In this document: positions 58,037 to 64,000 of the stretch, piece after piece
Numbering within the stretch: position 1 is the stretch's first letter
How the letters are laid out: each line of letters starts with the position of its first letter
DNA from: a virus
Virus record (IMG/VR): IMGVR_UViG_3300006810_000040
Span: 4,352-68,351 of that record
Reading direction: 5' to 3' (one strand)
DNA: 64,000 nt
Translations under genes and position numbers: made by a program
The notes under the pieces: generated by a model
Databases searched by the model: none
What the model saw: only the letters and a program-made list of their open reading frames with translations
Told to the model about the DNA's origin: nothing

Positions 58037-58541
58037 CGACATCGACCAAGCTTATGACCGCACCTACGCCCCGTTCCTGGAGCGCGTCACCCTGAAGTCC
58101 CTGCGGATGCACAGGGCGCTGAGCCGCGACTCGCAGGCGCTGACCGCGACCGTCTACCTGGACGGCGTCCTGGTGGGCACTGCCGAGAACAACGGTGGCG
58201 GTGGTGAGACCCTGATCGACGCCCGTGGCCCTGCCCGAGAAGCGTGGGCCGAGTTCAACGCGGCCGTGCGCGCTGAGGGCGAGAAGCACGGCCTGAACTA
58301 CCTGGGTGGCCACGACGTGGTCGATCAGGTCGCGCACGCCGTCAGCGAGGACAAGCGGCACCGCCGCCGCACCAGCACCCACGTCGTCTTTCAGGGTCAG
58401 GACGGCAAGACATACGAGGTCAAGTGGCCCCAGCTCGCCAAGCTCTGGCGGGCGAACCCTGCCGACGCGCGCAAGCGCTTCGAAAGCGCCATGACCGACC
58501 TGGCCGTTGCCAGCTACATCAACGACCGCTACGCGGCATAG
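58032..58541 (+). CDS. Hypothetical phage protein
   Basis: Starts in the second repeat; ATVYLDG...AENNGGGGET motif. Confidence 0.7.
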   Translation: MHDIDQAYDRTYAPFLERVTLKSLRMHRALSRDSQALTATVYLDGVLVGTAENNGGGGETLIDARGPAREAWAEFNAAVRAEGEKHGLNYLGGHDVVDQVAHAVSEDKRHRRRTSTHVVFQGQDGKTYEVKWPQLAKLWRANPADARKRFESAMTDLAVASYINDRYAA

Positions 58542-58550
58542 GGGTTGACC

Positions 58551-58679
58551 ATGTCGATGCTGCTGCTGCTGCTCGCTTGCTTGACTGAGCCCGCGCCTGA
58601 GCCCGCGCCGGAGTTCCCCGACCCCTGCCAGCTGGATGCGGTCGTGTGCGCCGAGGAGGCCCCACATGCTGTTGACTGA
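58551..58679 (+). CDS. Tiny lipoprotein
   Basis: MSMLLLLLA-C lipobox; 42 aa. Confidence 0.5.
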   Translation: MSMLLLLLACLTEPAPEPAPEFPDPCQLDAVVCAEEAPHAVD

Positions 58680-59046
58680 CGACGGAGTCCGCGCGCTCAA
58701 GCGGGGCGACACCGTCGAGGTGCGTGGCAAGCACGACCTGCCCTGGACACCGGCGACGGTGGGCGTCGATGGCCTGCGCGTCGATGGGCCCGACGGTCCA
58801 GCCCCCGCTGTCCTGGTCAAGGCCGAGGCCCACGGCACCATGCTGGTCGGCCGCGGGCAGCTGCGCGTGGTGCGCCCCCTGGAGACCGAGACCACCGACA
58901 AGTGCCCCCGCTGCAGGACCGTCAGCGGCTTCACCCGGAGCGGCAGCTGCGGCAACCACCGGACGGGCTCGCGCACAGTGTGCCTGTCCTGTCGCGCCGA
59001 GGTGGGCCACCGCAACAAGTGTCACCACTGCGGCAACGAGAAGTAG
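58666..59046 (+). CDS. Zn-ribbon protein
   Basis: GAGGAGG SD; CPRC, CGNH, CLSC, CHHC. Confidence 0.65.
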   Translation: MLLTDDGVRALKRGDTVEVRGKHDLPWTPATVGVDGLRVDGPDGPAPAVLVKAEAHGTMLVGRGQLRVVRPLETETTDKCPRCRTVSGFTRSGSCGNHRTGSRTVCLSCRAEVGHRNKCHHCGNEK

Positions 59047-59049
59047 ACC

Positions 59050-59751
59050 GTGCTGATCACCCACCGCCAGCTATGCCGACTGACCAGCGCCTGGATGCAG
59101 GAGCGCGGGATCGTGTGGCTGGCGTGCTGGGAGCTGGGGCTCGCTGTCGGCGTCCTGGACACCATCGGGATCTCCAGCCCCGGCACCAGCGACGAGTTGG
59201 TGGCCTACGACCGCTGGCGCACGGACGTGCTGATGGAGCGCGCCCGACGCGGGAAGCGCGGCCTGCCGGGTGCCTGGACCAGGACGACGCCCGCACAGCC
59301 GGAGATCCGCATCGCTGAGTGCAAGGTCACACGCGCGGACCTGCTGGCCGACCTGCGGGCCGGCAAGATGCTGGCCTACGAGCAGCTGGCCACCCACTGC
59401 TACCTGTCCCTGGGGCCGGATCTGGTGGCGTGGTTCGCCAAGCGGGCGAAGACGGACCTGCGCAACGGCAAGGTCTGGGCCCGACACATCCGCGAGGACC
59501 TGACCGACCGCGGCCTGCCCAAGCACTGGGGCATCGTGGTGGTCGTGCCCAACGGTCGCGGGGGCTACGACGAGCCCAAGACCATCCGCGGGGCCCGGCG
59601 CATCGCCAACCGGTCGCCCGACCTGGTCCGCTACATCGGATGGCGCATGGCCAAGTCCACGATGGCCCGCGTGCTCGGCCCCTCCCCGCTTGACGTGCTA
59701 CAACCGGAGGAGCCGCAGACGAGGACAGCCGATGTCGAGACCCCCCCGTGA
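59050..59751 (+). CDS. MmcB-like PD-(D/E)XK endonuclease
   Basis: LDTIGI, IRIAECKVTRADLLAD, KMLAY...HCYL, LPKHWGI. Confidence 0.75.
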   Translation: MLITHRQLCRLTSAWMQERGIVWLACWELGLAVGVLDTIGISSPGTSDELVAYDRWRTDVLMERARRGKRGLPGAWTRTTPAQPEIRIAECKVTRADLLADLRAGKMLAYEQLATHCYLSLGPDLVAWFAKRAKTDLRNGKVWARHIREDLTDRGLPKHWGIVVVVPNGRGGYDEPKTIRGARRIANRSPDLVRYIGWRMAKSTMARVLGPSPLDVLQPEEPQTRTADVETPP

Positions 59752-60439
59752 AGTCCTGCGCGTACTTCTCTGGGACCACATCACAACCCAGGACAGGTGG
59801 TGTTGCGCCGCCGCCAACCTGGTCGAGTTCCACTGGCATCCCAAGCGTGGCCTGACCCGCGCCCGGATCTACGAGAACACCTACCGGGCCCCTCACGCCC
59901 TGGTGATGGATCTGGGCTTCCCCGACCACCACGCCGTGGTCGCATGGGACGGCCTCACCCGGGCCGAGGAACTGGCCGACGCGGCCACGCGCACAGGCGG
60001 CGACAAGTCTGGCCTGATCCGGCACCTGCACCGGCTGCACTTCGACCCGCTGGACGCCATCGAGCTGGACGTGGAGGTGCCCCTCTGCGTCGAACTGGAC
60101 TGGCTCCGCGAAGCCTTTGAGACCGCCAAAGCCAACAGCTGCCCGCCCCTGATGCGAGCAGACGGCCGCGAGCTCACATGGGCCAGCGTGGCTGAGCTCT
60201 GGGCCGAGGACCGCGACTACGACACCTACGAGGCCCTGCGCTGGCGGCTGCGCCTCCTCGAGGAGGTCCTGCACGTTGGCCTGGGCGGCTCGCTCTACCT
60301 CAACCGGCTACGCCTGCCCAAACACGGCGCGGCCCGCTTCAAGAACGACGCGGGTGAGCGCGGCCTGTACCGCTACAAGCTCGACACAACCCACTGGCGG
60401 CAGGCGCTCAACGACCTGGCCCCCCGGAGCTCTACATGA
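59732..60439 (+). CDS. Hypothetical protein
   Basis: GAGGA SD; coupled to the next gene. Confidence 0.65.
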   Translation: MSRPPREVLRVLLWDHITTQDRWCCAAANLVEFHWHPKRGLTRARIYENTYRAPHALVMDLGFPDHHAVVAWDGLTRAEELADAATRTGGDKSGLIRHLHRLHFDPLDAIELDVEVPLCVELDWLREAFETAKANSCPPLMRADGRELTWASVAELWAEDRDYDTYEALRWRLRLLEEVLHVGLGGSLYLNRLRLPKHGAARFKNDAGERGLYRYKLDTTHWRQALNDLAPRSST

Positions 60440-61296
60440 AGATCGCGCTGCATCCCATCGACGAAACCGGCCTCCTGAGCGCGTTCGCGCGCGCTGGTCG
60501 CCGGCAGCTTCGCTCTGACGACGGCCGCCCCTACGGCGAGGCGCTGCTCTCCCGTGCCAAGGGCCGCTTGAGCGCCGGCACCCTGCGCGCGCTGATCGAG
60601 CTGGACGCCCTGTGCAAGCGCTACTGGGGTGTCCGCCTGCGCATCCAGCGCACCACAGAGCCCAAGCTCGACCTGGCCGGCAAGCGCAAGCTGTTCCAGG
60701 GCTGGGCCACATCCGGGTATGCCCGGCCCGGCAGAGCTGGGTACGCCAGCCGCCACATGAGCCCGATCTGGACTCCGGCGGCCGACCACAACCCGTTCCG
60801 CGTCGGCGTCGCCGTCCAGCTGGACCTGCTGGGCACGTTCAGTGGCATCAAGGGCAAGCAGTGGAGCCCCAGCGGCTGGCTGGTTCGGTTCCGCCAGGTG
60901 GCCGAGAGCGCGGGGTTCACCTTCCCTGTCCTCGTGGACGACCTGCTGCACCCCGACGCTGGCATCATGGAGCACTGGGGCCCGCTTGCCGGCTACATCA
61001 CGGCCATCGACACCACGCTGGCGCAGCGTCCCCACGGTGCCCTGACCGGTCGTGAGTCCGCCGTGGACATCATCGCGACCCTGCAGGGCACCGGACGGCA
61101 GGTCAAGCCCATGGAGCGCTACTGCCAGGCGCGGCTGGTGCTGGGCGGGCTCTACGTCGGCTACGCTGACGGGGACCTGGGCGGTGGCTGGCGGCGACTG
61201 CTGCGGAGCTTGAACATCGACACCACGGACACCGACGCCATCATCGCCAGCCTCAACGAGGCGAAGGTGGGTGTCCCGCAGGCCGCGGCGATCTGA
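60436..61296 (+). CDS. Protein with peptidoglycan-binding-like C-terminus and possible degenerate M15 peptidase fold
   Basis: QARLVLGGLYVGYADGDLG; HNPFRVGVAVQLDL and AESAGFTFP...EHW loosely match M15 motifs. Confidence 0.45.
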   Translation: MKIALHPIDETGLLSAFARAGRRQLRSDDGRPYGEALLSRAKGRLSAGTLRALIELDALCKRYWGVRLRIQRTTEPKLDLAGKRKLFQGWATSGYARPGRAGYASRHMSPIWTPAADHNPFRVGVAVQLDLLGTFSGIKGKQWSPSGWLVRFRQVAESAGFTFPVLVDDLLHPDAGIMEHWGPLAGYITAIDTTLAQRPHGALTGRESAVDIIATLQGTGRQVKPMERYCQARLVLGGLYVGYADGDLGGGWRRLLRSLNIDTTDTDAIIASLNEAKVGVPQAAAI

Positions 61297-61354
61297 GGTG
61301 GGGCGGAAGCCGCCGCACGAACGAACAGCTGCCGCCAGGAGGAGACGGACCCCT

Positions 61355-61855
61355 ATGAGTGACCCCGCATCCCGCTTCCTGGTTGGCACGCTGGAGCAGC
61401 AGCGGCGCATCGGCCAGATCCTGGACGACCCGGACGCCATCGACGTGCGGCGCGCGGTCGCGGTGTCCCAGCTCGTCCTCGAGAACATCGAGCTGATCCC
61501 GGACGCCGCCACCCTGCACACCCTGGCTGAGCTCTACCGCCGCCCTGGCGAGGAGATCAGCAAGCGCCACATCGACCTGGCGCGCTGGCACTACGTGGAG
61601 CGCGTGCAGAAGGCCGCGGAGCGCCACGCCAAGACCCAGGCGCTGGCCCACCGCCAGCTGTCGGTCACCAAGATCCTGCTGCAGGCCGCCATCCCGATCA
61701 TGAAGGGTCTGGCTGGGCGAGTCGCCCACCTGGCGAAGAAGTACGTGCCCAACGAGATGCTGGGCGACTTCATGGCGGAGCTTCGCGAGGCGATGGGGGC
61801 ATCGCTGGGCGAGCTCGAGAGTGCCGCCCGCGAGGCCGACACGAAGCGGCCGTAG
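61355..61855 (+). CDS. Putative terminase small subunit
   Basis: Helical ~166-aa protein immediately upstream of the large subunit. Confidence 0.6.
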   Translation: MSDPASRFLVGTLEQQRRIGQILDDPDAIDVRRAVAVSQLVLENIELIPDAATLHTLAELYRRPGEEISKRHIDLARWHYVERVQKAAERHAKTQALAHRQLSVTKILLQAAIPIMKGLAGRVAHLAKKYVPNEMLGDFMAELREAMGASLGELESAAREADTKRP

Positions 61856-61856
61856 C

Positions 61857-63770
61857 ATGGGTTCCTGGGACTGGAAAGACCCGGACGGTGGGCTCAAGTC
61901 CGAGCTGCTGGCCGATGGGCAGGCGCAGCTCGTTGACGCCATTTTCGAGGAGTTGGACCTCACCATCGGCACGTCCAAGTGCCCGCTGAAGACCTACGAA
62001 AACGACCTGGAGTTCTGCAGGAAGGGCGGCCTGGTCATGGACGGGCACCGCCTCACCATGACCGGCGACTACCGGCACCTGGCAGACGTGTACGCCGACG
62101 ACGCCGAGAAGATGGTGCTGATGGCCGGCGCACAGACCGGCAAGTCCATTCGAGTCATGGTGAAGATCCTGCACACGGCGCTGAGGCGCTGGGGCAGCCT
62201 CATCGGCTACTACTTCCCCGACATCCACTTGCCCAAGGTGTTCAGCCGCGCCCGATTCGCCCCGTTCGTCGAGAGCCAGCCCGAGATCGCCCGCTGGATG
62301 GGACGAGACGCCCGGAAGGGCCGAGGCGTGGACGCCATCCTGAGCCGTTCGATCGGCGCGTCGATCATCTACTTTTTGAGCATCAAGGCAAAAACCTCGA
62401 CTGAGGGCAGCCCCATGCAGGCCGTGTTTTTCGACGAGGTCCGACGCATGGCCGAGGGCGACGTGCAGCGCGCCATGGAGCGCTATTCAGCCCAATGGAA
62501 CCCAATCGACTTCAAGGTCTCGACGGCCCGCTACCCAGAGGCCGACATCCACCGGTACTTCCTGGCCGGTGACCAGCGCTACTTTCACACCGCGTGCAGC
62601 TGCCGCGACGGGGTCGTGCTCTCCCTCACGTTCCCCGAGAACGTGGTGGTCATCAACGACAAGCTGGACCCACAGCTGCACAAGCAGATCAAGCACGCCT
62701 TCAGACACGCCCGGAGCCCCTACGGAATCCGCCCCGAGCTCGCGCATGAGTTCGGACTGGCCGTCTACCGCTGCCCGAAGTGCGGCGACATCATCACGGA
62801 CCCTCGTGAGGGCTGGTGGCAGCCCCACAACCCCGGTCGGTATGTGCACAGCTATCAGATGCCCCAGCTGCTGAGCCCGACGTTCCCCGCCAACCGTGTC
62901 TGGTGGGCGTTCAATCACCAGCCAGACCTGATGGAGTTCTACAACTCCAAGCTGGGCCTGCCCTACGTGGGCGACGAGAACATGCGCTGCACGGAAGAGG
63001 ACGTGCTCGCCTGCGTGGACGACAAGCTGGTCTGGCCCGCCAACAAGAGCCGGCGCTGGCGACTCGCCAACCTGGAAAACTGCGCGATGGGTGTGGACGT
63101 TCAGGCCGGCTACCTGGTCGTGGTCATCAAGCGGATCGGCGTCAACGGCCTCTGGGAGACCTGCCACCTGGCCGTGCTCCACGGCGAGTCGATCTGGAGA
63201 CAGCTCGGCCAGCTGTTTGTCGAGTACAGCTGCCGCTACGCGGTCATCGACTCGATGCCTGAGTGGGACGCGGCGCAGACGTTCGCCAAGACCTTCCCCG
63301 CCCGCGTCTACCTGGCCACCTACGTGGACAGCGAGACCGGGCCGGTCGTCGCCTGGAGCGACAGCTCAAAGGAGAAGCGGCAGAAGGGCGAAACCCGGTT
63401 CCGCTGGCGCGTGCTCATCGACCGAACCCGCGGCCTGGACTGGAGCCTCCGGCGCTGGCGGTCTGGCCGCAACAGCCTGCCGCACCCGGACGGACTCATC
63501 GCCAAGCTGCCGAAGCAGGGCGACCGGGTCGTCTTCACGTCCAACCTGCGCCAGGGCCGGTGGCAGCCGGTACGCATCGCGCGCGAGGTCTACATCGACC
63601 ATCTGGCTCGCTTCCGCTGGCGGAACACCTACTCGGACAACCCCGACAAGGTCCTGATCGGCAAGCAGAAGTGGGTGGTCGAGCACGTCGGCCTGGACCC
63701 GCACGCCGGGCACGCGTCGCTCTACGCGGACGTAGCCCTGTCACGGCTGGCGAAGGCGAGGAGGAGCTGA
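61857..63770 (+). CDS. Terminase large subunit (GpA-like)
   Basis: MAGAQTGKS, YYFP, FFDEV, KVSTA, GDQRYF...CSC, YRCPKC, FYNSKLGLPY, MGVDVQ. Confidence 0.92.
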   Translation: MGSWDWKDPDGGLKSELLADGQAQLVDAIFEELDLTIGTSKCPLKTYENDLEFCRKGGLVMDGHRLTMTGDYRHLADVYADDAEKMVLMAGAQTGKSIRVMVKILHTALRRWGSLIGYYFPDIHLPKVFSRARFAPFVESQPEIARWMGRDARKGRGVDAILSRSIGASIIYFLSIKAKTSTEGSPMQAVFFDEVRRMAEGDVQRAMERYSAQWNPIDFKVSTARYPEADIHRYFLAGDQRYFHTACSCRDGVVLSLTFPENVVVINDKLDPQLHKQIKHAFRHARSPYGIRPELAHEFGLAVYRCPKCGDIITDPREGWWQPHNPGRYVHSYQMPQLLSPTFPANRVWWAFNHQPDLMEFYNSKLGLPYVGDENMRCTEEDVLACVDDKLVWPANKSRRWRLANLENCAMGVDVQAGYLVVVIKRIGVNGLWETCHLAVLHGESIWRQLGQLFVEYSCRYAVIDSMPEWDAAQTFAKTFPARVYLATYVDSETGPVVAWSDSSKEKRQKGETRFRWRVLIDRTRGLDWSLRRWRSGRNSLPHPDGLIAKLPKQGDRVVFTSNLRQGRWQPVRIAREVYIDHLARFRWRNTYSDNPDKVLIGKQKWVVEHVGLDPHAGHASLYADVALSRLAKARRS

Positions 63771-64000
63771 TGGAACAGTGGCTACCGGTGCCCGGATTTC
63801 CCGACTACGAGGTCAGTGACCAGGGCCGCGTGCGGTCGCTGGAGCGACGGATCCGCGTCGTATATGCGGACGGCATCGAGAGGACCCGTCGCGTTCGGCA
63901 GCGTGTGATGCGCCAGAGCGGCTCGCCCCGCTACATGCGAGTGAAGTTGCAGCGAGACGCCGTCACCCACACCAGGAGCGTCCACCGTTTGGTCCTCCTC
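63770..64000 (+). CDS. NUMOD4-HNH homing endonuclease (runs off the window)
   Basis: MEQWLPVPGFPDYEVSDQGRVRS...RSVHRLVLL; not in the supplied ORF track. Confidence 0.85.
   Translation, partial: MEQWLPVPGFPDYEVSDQGRVRSLERRIRVVYADGIERTRRVRQRVMRQSGSPRYMRVKLQRDAVTHTRSVHRLVLL

Noticed and set aside
1-64000. tRNA, rRNA, integrase/att sites, alternative genetic code
   Set aside because: None recognisable by eye; genes pack tightly under the standard code. Lifestyle cannot be determined from this window.

Overview
This window is one continuous, very GC-rich tailed-phage segment (contractile-tailed myovirus) with no recognisable host genes. Short lipoprotein signal peptides hint at a diderm host, possibly Myxococcota, but that is inference. 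Left to right: (1) a head-accessory block with a C5 DNA methyltransferase and a ~1,880-aa SNF2-type protein; (2) protease, scaffold, major capsid, neck, sheath, tube, chaperone with a -1 slippery site, tape measure, baseplate and fibres (8.8-33.7 kb, +); (3) a minus-strand block with RuvC-like resolvase, homing-type nuclease, amidase endolysin, Cas4/AddB-like nuclease and a KH protein (33.8-41.4 kb); (4) a plus-strand replication/recombination block with initiator, DnaB, tandem-HTH regulator, split HNH, SbcC-like ATPase, UvrD, RdgC and an amino-methyltransferase; (5) small early-type genes, terminase subunits and a partial NUMOD4-HNH gene. I saw no portal, integrase, tRNA or CRISPR. The most unusual features are: three intergenic helically phased 8-bp-box arrays built to the same plan (5-6 boxes, 36-bp core, 5-6 boxes), two of which form a ~145-bp inverted repeat around a 3.9-kb gene block; a shared promoter/leader box (GAACGCCTCGACGGAGG / CTCGACGGAG) in front of six genes, together with two KhpA-like RNA-binding paralogues; a methyltransferase and helicase carrying the same L-x-K-[AGS] motif as the head proteins (possible virion cargo); a 515-bp peptidase cassette splitting an HNH gene; and apparent avoidance of TTCGAG and GTCGAC. 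All functional calls come from reading motifs by eye; no database searches were run.
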